A DNA stretch of 61,849 bases, counting the filler, from Collodictyon triciliatum (lineage: Eukaryota): the NCBI GenBank assembly GCA_043381765.1. It is 4 parts of 4 records of this genome, joined end to end, with 100 filler letters (N's around TTAATTAATTAA, not from the genome) between each part and the next. Parts side by side here need not be neighbours in the genome. Positions count along the whole stretch, not along the records: positions 10,742 to 34,912 come from JBHJMP010000356.1; positions 35,013 to 56,747 come from JBHJMP010000357.1; 2 more parts are not named here. The stretch is one strand, 5' to 3'. Position numbers and translations under genes: made by a program. Position 1 is the first letter of the stretch, and each line of letters starts with the position of its first letter. Shown here piece by piece: positions 28,201 to 40,097 of the stretch. The notes below the pieces were generated by a model. The model had not been told where the DNA came from and searched no databases. It was given only the letters and a program-made list of their open reading frames with translations.

Positions 28201-28720
28201 CGGAGTCATCGAGCAGATGCTTGTTGTTGGCTCCGATGATGGGATAGTTTATGTTTACCCCATCGCCGAAGAAGTGGAAGAGGCAAAATATGAGCTCCTT
28301 GAAGAAGATATGGATTCCAAGCCATTTTCTGTTTGCTCGATAATCCTGGACGACCACCAGTATATTGCAGCCGGCTATGATAATGGAGATGTCTTGGTTT
28401 GGGATGTAAAGGAGGCCAAAGCTGTTTGCCGATTCCGGGCGCATGTCATGGATATTATATCCATGGCATGCAGTCCCTGTGGGAGTGGGACGTCTATTCT
28501 GGTTACTTCATCACGCGACCACACATACCGAGCGTGGGAAATCGGCGCTCGAAAGGAAGCTTCCGAGGATGGAGGTGAGGATGAAAAAGAGGATGAGCTT
28601 CCTTTTGCTCACACGCTCCTTAATACACCTTTTCCTCATCTCTCGACAAAGTCTCTCTCCACCAAGGGAGCGAGGAATGTGAGCAAAAAGACAACGGACT
28701 TTTTCAAAAGCTTTGTTTAA
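25220..28720 (+). CDS. Intronless pentapeptide-repeat + WD40 protein (STAND/NACHT-WD40-like C-terminal half, no P-loop visible)
   Basis: 1166-aa ORF: S/T/P/Q-rich N-terminus, YRFVSGNLLNFIIAK, GGNIASIL..LNGFDFSGQNLSHAYLRGANIHGANLSNSNL pentapeptides, ~13-14 divergent WD40 blades. The start ATG may be downstream. Confidence 0.85.
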   Translation: MLHIPYTPSTHFEQRSSLPSRQIPEAASPQKQVPKMTTYQSPSSDYTIGGASKPTPQDYPERVTTFSNRHANTQDSTLTFLAGAQSRSPPFSSTQSAINTTPDYSSTYDIRSAKAETQSSGSQFSSGSILERSSQYDRNHANYSGKPEAQASVSQISSHQPPSNRQPITPVSDVFSTKPRTQSPNIQLPSAIVAERPPQHTPARDGKGTTKPTNQPVQQGYENLKKEGWAAIKKLYALGSKPLKADLLPSEANSLKYTFPEELEKEYSKYEYFLDSNESNLKRTLNSNIEYASKISEFNLECALKLKTKVDGHISESELNGFSSISRLAKNEKDTILTMSLLLKYKWKYRFVSGNLLNFIIAKKVYEELVTSKQCSFLETNHLDTHILSNLQYLSFKNIRFPSILKELIQRESKPGSFFGGNIASILCFIHEPLNGFDFSGQNLSHAYLRGANIHGANLSNSNLTCATLRDAFLDEANMDDANLENLNIGFVAQKKWKGKIQSILHLDGDLLVVATANENLIWNHITDAEEKIYTGSEVKVIGLGKSRDGKPAVLYVENSNTISIWGVEQHTKLLTSDSVQGIITCIAFYEDKMGNRIIFFVVNDVTIGWWDMCSSELMLGTKQDIHAYGKILPLKGKSDPTLIVCSKDGTMLEYNHSTRETKIIHQYANKDFLTIAPVRSHKNTFIITHKSAVEIVENEDEWKVLNRITATDYSFHHATAVIHENYGKYILTSDTERVGTLWDYNGKKLESYYGFKKTTTGVCAIVRKQDDSFTVFIGDDDGLIRGWKTSPHTNTKGLTSFSGTVNYVSVEELHQNKTSTVFSGSKDGSVQVRDLRNGNLYACFKDTNGPVQCVRAGICGDEPVIAAGDSKGYIHFWSQKTFKPIRSVKANDDKIVSALYIKVDGHDFLATLNAKGFICVWDNKSDRPWLTEKAQCGKAIDLLDASRDGKCILYALGGDICRLDITPDGIEVGEMIELSVTPVSGCLFTEDEDGVIEQMLVVGSDDGIVYVYPIAEEVEEAKYELLEEDMDSKPFSVCSIILDDHQYIAAGYDNGDVLVWDVKEAKAVCRFRAHVMDIISMACSPCGSGTSILVTSSRDHTYRAWEIGARKEASEDGGEDEKEDELPFAHTLLNTPFPHLSTKSLSTKGARNVSKKTTDFFKSFV

Positions 28721-30036
28721 TACGTTGTTATCAAGCGCATGATATGTGCCCAAGCAAGTTTGTTATCTTACGTCTCGGTATAAAAAATTATTATTATCCT
28801 TTTTTTGTTTGTAAAAAAACAAGCCAAAAAAGAGGGAAAAAAAAAACAGAGTTTTATAATATATAATTGATTAAAACTGCACCAGATAATTCCTGAAATC
28901 TAACATATTTCTCCCAGATGAATCTGCTATGAGGCAAAGAAAAAGAAAAGCAATCAAGACCAAGGAAAATAAGCAGAGGAGAGGGGAATAAACCCAGCAA
29001 TAAACCAATCGATGATGAGATAACCAGAATCATTGGCCTGTTTATTTTTCCCTTTCGTTCGTTCCTTATTTCTTTCTCTTTTTTGGGGCGCCCTGTTTAT
29101 TCATCACTGGCATCATCTTTCTGCCTTTTGAGTTGTTCTTGCTTGCTTGGCGGCAGCGATTGAATTCTTTCCTCGAGTGTTCCTAAGCGATTAGATTATA
29201 ATTCCATGAATTATTTGCCCTCCTTTTACACAAACATATGTTAAATACTTGAAATGGCCTGTATTAAGAAAAAGAAAAAAAAAGGGAAAGAAATGGACAT
29301 GAGGGGTATAAGATGAAGAAAGAAACAGAAGAAATGGAGAGATTCGATAGCCATATTCTGTGTGTGGATGCCATGATCTGGATGCTACTGAGTCAGCCGA
29401 TGGCAGTGGTGGCGGCAGCGCTGAGCGACTCAGTTCGGCCAAAAGCCTGGTCGGGAATCTTGTGGCAGAGAGGCGAAGCCCAGGAAGACAGCGCGGCGCA
29501 GGCTGCGGGCATATGTGGCTATTCGACGTCATTTCCCCAAAATCGCATATGCGCTTGTCAAGATCGGTCGATCTGTTTTCTTGTCCGGCTTTGATCGCTG
29601 TCATTCTCGTGCCAACGCCGGGTTTGGCGTGTTGCTCCGAGACATACTGCTTTGCGGTTGAGAGGAAGGCACTGGGTGAGGATGAGCAGGGGAAATGAGA
29701 ATCTGCTGCTGATCTGAACTGCCATGCCCTTTTCCTTTCCTTTCCTTGTTTCCTTTGTTTCTTTTTCTTTTTCTTTTTCTTCTTTCTCCTTTCCTTTCCT
29801 TGTTTCCTTTGTTTCTTTTTCTTTTTCTTCTTTCTTCTTTCTTCTTTTTCTTTTTCTCTTTTTTCTTTTTCTCTTTTTTCTTTTTCTCTTTTTTCTTTTT
29901 CTTTTCTCTTTTCTTTTTCTTTTTGTTTTTTCCTTAATTAATTCTTTATCCTTTTCATTAACTTACTAATGATGGCGTGACTGTGGACTGCCTCTTTTCT
30001 TCTCGAGCGTTGGCCTGTCTGAGACGCTTTCGAAAA

Positions 30037-30559
30037 ATGGATCTTGTGAGCCAAAAACTGTCTGCGTTTCGCATCACCCCTGAATACAGAACAAAGAGAA
30101 CGGCAGAACCCGTTAGTTCTGATTACTGTGCTCTTTTCAGTCATTTTTTCTTACTGCAAACGTTTAACTCCTCTTTCAAAAAAAAACATTTGTGAATGAT
30201 TTTATTTCCTTTTATTCTATAATTAAAAAAATAGAATGGTTTGATATGATAAAAAGGTACGATAGTTGTATTTTCAATATCATAGTTAATAGCCGGGTCG
30301 ATTGACGAAGGAAACCCCGTTCTAAGAGAGATCCATCAGATCATATTTGGTTTGAAAAATATAAAAAATTTATATGAATTACTCTTTTATGTATTCTTAT
30401 TTAAAAAAACCACAGGGAAATGGGTTCTCTTGAAGCTCCGTATCCCAAGATACATCCAACAATCTTTCGATATAGAAAAGCTCTCGGTGCAAGACTGTAT
30501 CCCATCACAATATGGTAATACACACCAGCAGAATCTATATTACAAATAGCGTGGCTCAT

Positions 30560-30634
<75 letters not shown>

Positions 30635-32455
30635 TCATAGGGGATTCTCAAGATGTACAGGGGATCATTGATTTGAATTTTGACTCTCCTCTGATCGACT
30701 CGTCCCTTGATGAAGTCTACCCCAATCTATTTATGCTCGGTTTGCTTTTATTCAAGCATTTACTTTGGTTGTTAACGAATCTATCATTATTTTCTTTAAA
30801 TATAATCGAACCTCATTTTTTGGGTGCAATGTATTTGATATAATGAATAATATTTCTTATTGAAGCCCTAAAGCGGTCTTTTAATACATAAGATGTACAC
30901 TATCTAACATTTATACGATTACATTAGCTGATGAAGCATATAATTCCAAGTATATCGAAAGATCTGAAAAGGACTTTTTTTCTATGGAGGACGACATTGT
31001 GATGGCTGATTCGTATGATACCATATTGCGAGGCTACCTGACTTCTACCAAGCAGATCGACCCATCTGTCTACATGTCCCACAAATTCCTCATTGAGATG
31101 TTGTCACTCACACCCGCTGCATCGGGGGCTGACTTGTATGGGAAAATGAGACTATTCGACGCAAATCTGTGTGATTATGTTTCAGGTCTTCTATTTTTAC
31201 TTGCAAGGATCCTAACTCGTGTATTCTTCTGATTCATAATAAAAAAAAAAAAGAAAATAAATACCACTGTTTTGATGATTTCTCCATGAATCAAGGAAAG
31301 GGAGGAAAATTCTCAACCATGTCATTCGTATTAAATACTTTCCTCGTCATAGAGGAGTACTACTTTGATTTTGCAACCATAACCTTCGGGCAACAATCCT
31401 CTGTCTACACATGTGCTAAGTCTGCTATATTCGAGACCAGGTTTGAAATCTATATTCATAATCATTATTGAGAACTATGATTGAAACATAGTTTGAATTC
31501 ATCACTATTAAACATGGATATTGTTCTATTAGCCATAAAAATAGCCATATTTACCTTGCCATAACAATAGAACAGGTGAGTGAAACTATACTATTTTAAG
31601 TATTGTGGGTTTAATCTGTTCATATGTAATTTGCGTCTCATATTTCTTTCCAATGGCATCATTTACTTTTTCTCAACACTTGCAGACTTTACCAAGCATG
31701 GACATAACAATTGATGGACACAAGAAAGGATCTGATTGTACGCCAGTATCTCTCCACAGGAAGATTCGAGAACCAATAGCCATGGCCATTTTCCAGATAT
31801 TCGATGATTCAGGAGTTGTTTGTATTAACCAAGGTATGATTTTATCCATTTGATATGTATCAAATCTACTAAGTTTGGGGCTTGACTATCGAAATTTGGC
31901 CCTATATACACAAAAATATGAATACAGAAAATTTTTTAATAGACAAAGCATAAGTGGGTTCAATAATGTAAACACTCCTTTTTTAAAATAAATAAATAAA
32001 TAAAATAATGTGCTGATATCATTTTTCCCATCAGAGAAAAAAATAACGACATTTTGTGACCTTCGCACATCTCCGGGGATTTCTTTCGCTACTTTACTGA
32101 AAGATGGAATCCCATGGGGCTCAAAGAATCGTAAATTAGCTCTCAACATTCGCGGTAACAAGAACATCATCTAAACTCATGACTTTCTTAAAATGTGTCT
32201 CGTTTAAATATATTTAAATCTATTATCGCGTTTGTTTTCTAATGATTTTATTGATTTTATTTTTGTTTATGTTATTGAATTATGTTATCTTTTTCTTTTT
32301 CGTCCTTTTTTCGATTTAAATTACTTTATTCCAAAGTCACCGAGCTTGAGGATAAGACCCCAGCCGGCAAGATTCGATTAGACCCTTCCTATAACTCGGT
32401 GTCTTTGGCAAATATGGTCACATGTAGGCTATCTGGTCATCGAAAGAGGAAACAA

Positions 32456-32534
<79 letters not shown>

Positions 32535-34725
32535 AAAAGAACTCATCAGTTTTAACTATTTATCAGCATGTGGCAATATCATTAATCATATTTATGTAGA
32601 TGAAGCTACTCCGATCCCTGAAAGTCCTGGTCATCACGTCATTCGAGAAATTCAAGAGTTAAACAGGTGTGATGCACTACTCCTGATACGTATTGGTGAT
32701 CCATATCGCGTTATCTACCTTATCAAATTGTTGACCAGACCTTGTATTCAGCACTACGCGACTCCGAACCCCAAAATGTGTATACATGAATACATTCTAC
32801 CTAGGAGTCAATCGCGTTTCCCTGGAACACATGCTTCTCGGTCTAGGTCCAAAGGTCTCATCCCTTATCTTCCCCCTCTTCCCCCTCTTCCCTCTCCCTC
32901 CAGGAGAAATTTTTATATTTTTATTTTCAGTCTCTAGGTTTATTCATAAAAAAAAAAATAATAATAATCTTCGGTCTTTACTGTCGAATTCATTTGCTTG
33001 AATAAATTGTATTTTTATATTTTTGTTTAAAAATGTCATTCATAGGATCAATTTACTATATCAATCGAGCTGCGAAAAGACGGTGATGGTGGTGCAAATA
33101 TCGAGTCCATATATGGCAAGAACAAAGATCCTTGTATGGTTGATTGTTCGTTCACACATACATCTTCGTTGAGTTCATCAGCCACAATCGATTTTGATTC
33201 CCTTAGCAAGATAGAGATACCAATGGATCTAACCCCAAAGTTTATTTTCTTTTAAATTAGAATATTCCGTGAACTTTTACCATAACTTATGATGTCTAGT
33301 AATTGAAACCCCTTTTATATAGAAAATCCTAAAATAGAAAATATGTCTACAAAAAAATTATAGCCATCACATCTTGTTAACTGTCTTCATCGTCTTGATG
33401 GGAAATAACCAAGCTACTGAAAAAACGCTGAAGACTAAAGACATTCTAAACATGCTTTCACCTCGAAGTAGTGGGTCGAATTCTCTTTTTGTTGAAAAGG
33501 AATCAAACGTGGCACCAGGTTGGAATATATTATTTATATTTATATTTATATATATATATATATTTCACGCGTAATATGGCACCATTTTTTGAATAATCAC
33601 AAAAACAAAACAAAATTAAAGGATCGGGCCACAGCAAACAGAAAATTACTCTGACGCCGTTTGGTAGGTTTTCGTAAAAATGAAAACAAAACTAGGGTGT
33701 TCCATTTCATATTTTAATTTTCTAATCATTGAATTTATGTATAATCTACAGGATACTCGATATTGAGGCTGAATCCTGATGGAAATTTCATCCCCGACGG
33801 AAAATATAGCATTCCATTGCACCCAGGACCACCAAATCCTGGATATCTGTCGGGTATCGAAAACTTTAGTTGTTCATTTGGACCTCTTTTCCTGACTCTA
33901 GCCTTTCGAATATGCCTTGAAGTGAAATTTTTTTGCAATTCTTTTATAGAATTTTCTGATCAAAGGGCGTTGCTCTTAAGAGCAATTATGTAATATGACT
34001 ATATTTATAGGTAAATTCGGTGAAATAGGAAAATTGGACATCTATTCAACTTTTTTATCTACTGTGCACTCAAGGATACCATCAATAAACAATTTTTTCA
34101 AATCATATGGGTATTTTCAGGCACATTAAATACATCCAAAGATTCATATGAGCATGCTTTCAACAACAATCCCCCAGTTTAAATTATTCCAGATATATTG
34201 AATTTAGGGAATTGAAACCTCACAGAAGCAAAATAGATTTAACTATAAACCACATGTATTAGATTGATATCTTCTGGTGACCGAAGTGAGAGGTGCATTG
34301 AGGATATACAAGGTTGGAACTATAGAAAAAAAATGCATACATGACACATGTTTAATTTTTAAATCTTTGTCATTATTCACATCTCGTACAAGTTAAATGA
34401 TAGAAGCTATTATAATATTAAGCAAGAACAACATCAAATAGCTTTATCATCAACGCCAGTTATGGAGCTATCAAACAAACTTCCAGCAATTTTCAACATG
34501 CTATTAAGTCTAACTACTACTTTTGGACCCATCGGACATGAATCTTTTCAAACTTTTGTGAATGTGTTAAGCAAATTACTTGATGTCCAGAAGATTCACT
34601 TTGCTACACAAGTTCACCATAGGTGACTAACCTCTTTCCCCTTTCCCCTATCTGATGTCCTTACTTAATTTAATGAAAGGTGCAGAGCTTTGGAATATGC
34701 TCGTTCTCCATACTTTGTCATTTAA
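30037..34725 (+). CDS. DOCK-C/D family (DOCK6-11-like) N-terminal region and DHR-1 C2 domain; DHR-2 not present in the window
   Basis: Spliced motifs KMRLFDANLCDYVSEEYYFD, CAKSAIF, IYLAITIEQ, REPIAMA, REIQEL, YMNTFYL, SIYGK, KIEIPMDLTPNHHILLTVF, TPFGYSIL, STVHS..INNFF align by eye to the DOCK-C/D N-terminus and DHR-1. Confidence 0.75.
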
Positions 34726-34912
34726 ATATAGTCTCTTATTTTCTGATAATGAAACATGTTATCAGATTGATATTTGTAAAAGAAAAAAAAACATTCATTT
34801 GTAATCATGTGTTTTTTTTTTTTTTTTTTTTTTTAAAAAAAAATCTTTCTGTTTCTTGAATAAATTTTTTTTTTTTTTCACCTTTTTGTTTTTTTTTTTA
34901 AATTTTTTTTTT

Positions 34913-35012
34913 NNNNNNNNNNNNNNNNNNNNNNNNNNNNNNNNNNNNNNNNNNNNTTAATTAATTAANNNNNNNNNNNNNNNNNNNNNNNNNNNNNNNN
35001 NNNNNNNNNNNN
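34913..35012. other. Artificial contig-join linker
   Basis: TTAATTAATTAA at 34957-34968 flanked by N runs. Confidence 0.95.
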
Positions 35013-35142
35013 ATACATACAGAAATACATACATACAGAAATACATACATACAGAAATACATACATACAGAAATACATACATACAGAAATACATACATAC
35101 AGAAATACATACATACAGAAATACATACATACAGAAATACAT
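35013..35142. repeat. (ATACATACAGAA)n 12-mer tandem repeat at contig edge
   Basis: Direct sequence. Confidence 0.95.
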
Positions 35143-36173
35143 TTACAAATGAAGGTTGAGTTTTAAATCAAATTCACACAAGCGAATACGAGTTGTGATT
35201 GTTTCTTTTAAAAAAAAGAGAAAAATTGAGGGCACTTGATCAATGGCAGCGTCAAACGAGGTGATCGCCTCTTTAACTTTTATCGCTTCGCACCTGTCTT
35301 GCTTCTCCATCTGTGTTCCTAGCAAAAACATGAGTATCCTAGTCTATTAAAATAATAATGTATCTAAAAGATAAGGAGCGTAAAATAAAAAAAAATTATA
35401 ATTTATTCTTCCTTTCAATTTGTACGAGATAAGGGTGCATTTCATAAAATTATGAATAATGAAATACTGGAAAGTGCAAATGAGCTGCAAATGTATTGTC
35501 CTCTCATTTTAGTATTGTTTTGCTGCTTATGTTTTCAGGATAATCTAATATATATAAAAAGAAGTATAGATTCTGTAATTAAAAATCTTTCGTCTTGCTG
35601 CAGCCCCTCCTCTCGAAATCGGTCACTCATTCAAGGGGGAACTTCGGCAAACCGCCCCAAACTCAGGATGTATGTAAACAAATGAGAAAATAAGACAAAG
35701 AAGCAAAATGAAAAATAAAGAGTATAAAAAAGTACAAAAAAAGTAGAAAAAAGTAGAAAAGTAAAAAAAAAGCTTAAAGTAGAGTAAAAAAAATGTAAGG
35801 TGTAAGGTCAATTATCAGTTAAATTGGTGATCGAGTGGGCGACAGCGCAACCTAACATAACAAATCGAACTATGCCAGTTGCCAAGCATACCAGTCAACG
35901 CAACTGAGAAAAAAAAACCGATCTTATGCCGCGATTTTCGGTAGCAGATTAAAAAAAACTGCTTTTTCGATATCTTGGATTCATTCTCTGACATTAGCAA
36001 GAAAGCAAAAAAAAAAACTAAAGAATCAGAGACAAAGAAACAAAGAAACAAAAACAAAAAAGGAGTCAAAAACAAATCATAAAAACAAAAAAAAACAGAA
36101 AAGAGAAACAAAGAAACAGAAAAAAAAAACAGAAAAATTAGTTGAAAACAAAACGAAAAAAACAGGCAGCAAC

Positions 36174-39100
36174 ATGTTCCAGTCCTTCCCGAGCAGCCAA
36201 CCGCACATCTCCGTGACCTGCGACCTATGCAACACACACCCGATCATCGGCGCGCGCTTTGTGTGCCTCAACTGCCCCAACTTCGACGTCTGCTGCAGCT
36301 GCTACCGCCCGGGCGAGATGAATCACGCGCCCAACCACCACTTCCTGCTTCTGCGCCAGTCTGCCCCAGGCTTCACCGTCACACGGCCATGCTCGCCAAT
36401 CCATACGCAAGAGACGCACACGCACTCGGGCATCACTTGCGACCTGTGCCGCTCATCCCCGCTCGAAGGGCTGCGTCTCAAGTGCTGCGCCTGCCCAGAC
36501 TTTGACGTGTGCGCAGCCTGCATCCCACGTTTGGCCCAGCCTGACTCCCACAACCCGGCCCACGCCTTTCTGGTGCTGCACAAGCGGCCCGAGTCGCGCA
36601 TCGGCTCGCCCGAAACCATGATTGCCAACCGCATCATCCCCAGAGAAATCCTTGCGGTCCAGGCACAAACGCAGCCGCAGCCGCAATCCCAGTCTCAGAC
36701 TCCGAGCCAATCGCCTGCCCAGCCCTTCTCCCACAAGGAGCTGCAGATTGGCGATGCCGTCCACTTGTCGGCCGCAGCCCATCAATGCCTCGAAGTTACT
36801 GCTGGTCCGCTGCTCAACGGCTCCCTCGGCGTCGTGGTCGACATCGTATCTGCGCAATGCCCCTTCAAAGTCCGCTCGCTTTCTGGCGTCTGCGGCTTCT
36901 ACTCCAGCCGTGCGCTCCGCTTCGTGGCTCGGCCCGGTGTGAATCCAACCATCCATGACGCTGCCCCCGGGCTTTGCGTCGTCCCGGGCTGCGACTGGCC
37001 AAAGACCGAGCCTCATCCAGGCATTGCGCGGCCCGGCGTTCTTGTTGCCCCGGCAGAGACGCTCGGCTTCTGGACAGTGCTGTGGCCCGACGGTTCGGCC
37101 AAGACATACCATCTCAACAACGCTGCAAGCAGGATGTTGGAATATGCGCCGAGGATTCTCTCGTGTGTTCCCTCCGCGATGCCGCCGGCAAGGCTTCATA
37201 GCTATGTGATTCCAAAGGGCGGCTCCAGTGGCGTGGCTCCTGGTTTGCAGAGTATGAGGGATGGAGATGTTGCGCTGGTTGTGGGTGTTGATCAAAGCGA
37301 CATCACAGTCAAGAATCAGCAAGGATTGACTGTTATCTGCAAGTCCAGTGATGTTGTGTCGGCACCGAGGGCTCATGAGGTTGTTTCAGTGGTGTCTGCA
37401 AGACCCGGCTTCCATGTCATGTGTGGCGGACAAAGTCATTCGTTTGCAAGTATCCAGGCCAAGGAAACCGTCGGCACAATCGTTTCTGTATATGCAAAGA
37501 ATGGAACGTGTTTGGTGCGATGGGATACAAAGACTCGTGTGGTTATTACCCATTCGATTGGACGCGATGGTGTGTATGAATTAGTCTATGCGCATTCGCC
37601 TTTTGATTTTGTGTTTCACGAGGCTCCAGCGCAGCAGTACGAGGCTGGGGAACATGTGATTTTATTTACCTCACCGGAGAATCAAGAGCGTGCTGTAGGC
37701 TCCACTTCACCAAACTTTCGAGTTGGAATGGTAAAACAAGCGAACCACTTGAATGGGATGTACAAGGTTCGGTTTAGCGATGGAGACGTCGATTGTGCAG
37801 CATATTCTCTGGCCCTCTTTAGTCCAGTTGCTGTAACCTTGTCGAATATAAGCAAGGGGCGGAAAGTTTTCCGAGGACCAAATTGGACATTTGAGAATCG
37901 CGACGGTGGCTTTGGTGCTATAGGCATCATTAAGGATTACAACAGTGCCCATGCCGTCGTGCAATGGGGGAGCGGTGCTGCCCATGAATGTAGCTATGGT
38001 CAAAATGGAAAGTTTGATTTATACTTTGCCCCATGCTCAAATGAAGAATTGTAAGTGATTACATTCAAAAAAATATATGGAAAAATAAGATATGAGATGA
38101 ATGATTAGTCTATATCGGTTGTTTCGTAATTCAACACTTTATATTTTTTTTTCATTTAATTTTTACAGGCGAATTATTTCACTAAGTTTTTTTAGAAAAT
38201 AAATAATGATTCATATTCTATGATAACAATTGGTAATAAAATAAACATTAAAATAGAATAACACCCGAGACAGCCTCCGCATCGATTCAGTATGTAGCTT
38301 CGAACAAGTATCACATCGGGATGACGGTGCAACTTTCGCCCATTTACAACCTACATGGAGATGCAACATTTGGGCCGTTGAAGCCACAAATGACAGGCAC
38401 GGTGATTGGATTAAATATGGACTCGGTCAATTCCGTCCAAGTCCAATGCCCAAGCGGAGAGTCATGGTGGTATTGTGCTTTGGCTCTCAATTCTACCCAA
38501 TCTTTGTCAAAACAAGGAGAGCAGTCCGCTCCACCATCATCCAACTCTACAGCAATACCAGTCCGAATCACGGAAGGAAGTCGAGTTGTTTTGGCATCAA
38601 ATTATCGAGAATGTGCTGATGCTGGAAACGGACCACTGAACCCAGGTGATGTGGGGACTGTTGTAAAAGATGATGGCTCCTCGAAACCTTACCAAGTTCG
38701 TTCAAGTGGTGGAAGAACGTGGTGGTACACGGCGGCTGCGTTGGTCTTGGAAGGCAGTCCCGGTGCAGCAACTACAACAGATGCATCAAATCCTTCTGAC
38801 CGCATCACAGAAGGCAGTCGTGTTGTTTTATCGGCAGCCTACACTTCCTGTGATGATGCAGCAGGTGGGCCGCTCAGACCGGGTGATGTGGGTATGGTTA
38901 TCAAGGATGATAGGTCCTCCAAACCGTATCACGTGCGCGCTGATGATGGCAGAACTTGGTGGTACACGGCAGCCGCGTTGGTCTCGGAAGGCAGTCCTGG
39001 TGCAGCAACTACAACAAATCCACCAAATCCATCCGGCCGCATCACAGAAGGCAGTCGTGTTGTTTTATCATCAACTTATCAGAGTCATGGAGATGCAGCA

Positions 39101-39706
39101 GGCGGGCCGCTCAGACCAGGCGATGTTGGTGTGGTTGTTAGAGATGATGGCTCCTCCAGACCTTTCAATGTGCGCGGAAATCAAGGAAGAACTTGGTGGT
39201 ACGCAGCCGCCGCGTTGGTCTCGGAAGGCAGTCCTGGTGCAGCAACTACAACAAATCCACCAAATTCACCCGGCCGCATCACAGAAGGCAGTCGTGTCGT
39301 TTTATCACCAACCTATCAGAGTCATGGAGATGCAGCAGGCGGGCCGCTCAGACCAGGTGATGTTGGTGTGGTGATTAGAGATGATGGCTCCTCCAGACCT
39401 TTCAATGTCCGTGCACAAGACGGGAGAACGTGGTGGTACACAGCAGCCGCGTTGGTGTTAGAGAATGGCATCGACGCGACTGCCCCAACCACACCGAATC
39501 AAGCAGGCCGCATCACAGAAGGCAGTCGTGTCGTTTTATCACCATCCTATCAGAGTCATGGAGATGCAGCAGGCGGGCCGCTCAGACCAGGCGATGTTGG
39601 CACTGTTGCAAGGGATGATGGCTCGTCTGTTCCGTTCCAAGTCCGCGCCGCTGACGGGCGAATGTGGTGGTATCGCCGCGAGGCTTTGGTTGCCGCTCCG
39701 AATTAA
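36174..39706 (+). CDS. ZZ zinc finger x2 + MIB/HERC2-like domains x3 + SH3-like tandem repeats (one gene, ~1109 aa)
   Basis: Intron 38051-38256 (GTAAGT...ATAG) joins the two listed ORFs in frame. ZZ motifs CDLC..IIGARFVCLNCPNFDVC and CDLC..RLKCCACPDFDVC; MIB/HERC2 motif GRKVFRGPNWTFENRDGG..VVQW..G..GKFDL. Confidence 0.85.
38564..39700 (+). repeat. Five coding tandem repeats of 234-237 bp (78-79 aa)
   Basis: Unit starts (RITEGSRVVL) at 38564, 38801, 39038, 39275 and 39509, with high nucleotide identity between units. Confidence 0.95.
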
Positions 39707-40097
39707 TGGCACGCAGTTTTCAGCATCCCACAATCCCAATATCTACGGCAGACACCAGACTGAGAATCATAACGAAAACGAAAAGAGAAACCAGAATAAA
39801 GAGAGAAAAGGAAGAAAAAAGACATTATTTCTCTTACATGCGGTGTGGAAAGAAAATCCTCGAAAGGGAACCGCGGAAAGAACATTGAAATAAAAGAGGG
39901 AGAAATCCGAGGAAAGGAGGCGTTATGAGTGCAGCAGATATAATGCAAAAACGATGATTTTCTTTTTCGTTCTGTGTGAATGTCTTTTGGTGTGTGAGTG
40001 TGTTAGTGTGTTATTGCCCTAGAGACCGTTTTTTTTCTTTGAAAACTTGAGTTCGTTTGGTCTTTGTTTACGTGTCTTTATTTATTTTAATATTATT

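Noticed and set aside
29191-29698. GC-rich overlapping short ORFs upstream of the DOCK-like gene
   Set aside because: No motif or consistent splice structure; likely promoter or 5'UTR sequence.
35143-35650. Possible exon fragments at the start of contig 3
   Set aside because: No recognisable motif; strand and splice phase could not be resolved.
38564-39700. Regularly spaced repeats resembling a CRISPR array
   Set aside because: Units are 234-237 bp in-frame coding repeats without unique spacers; no cas genes; eukaryotic context.
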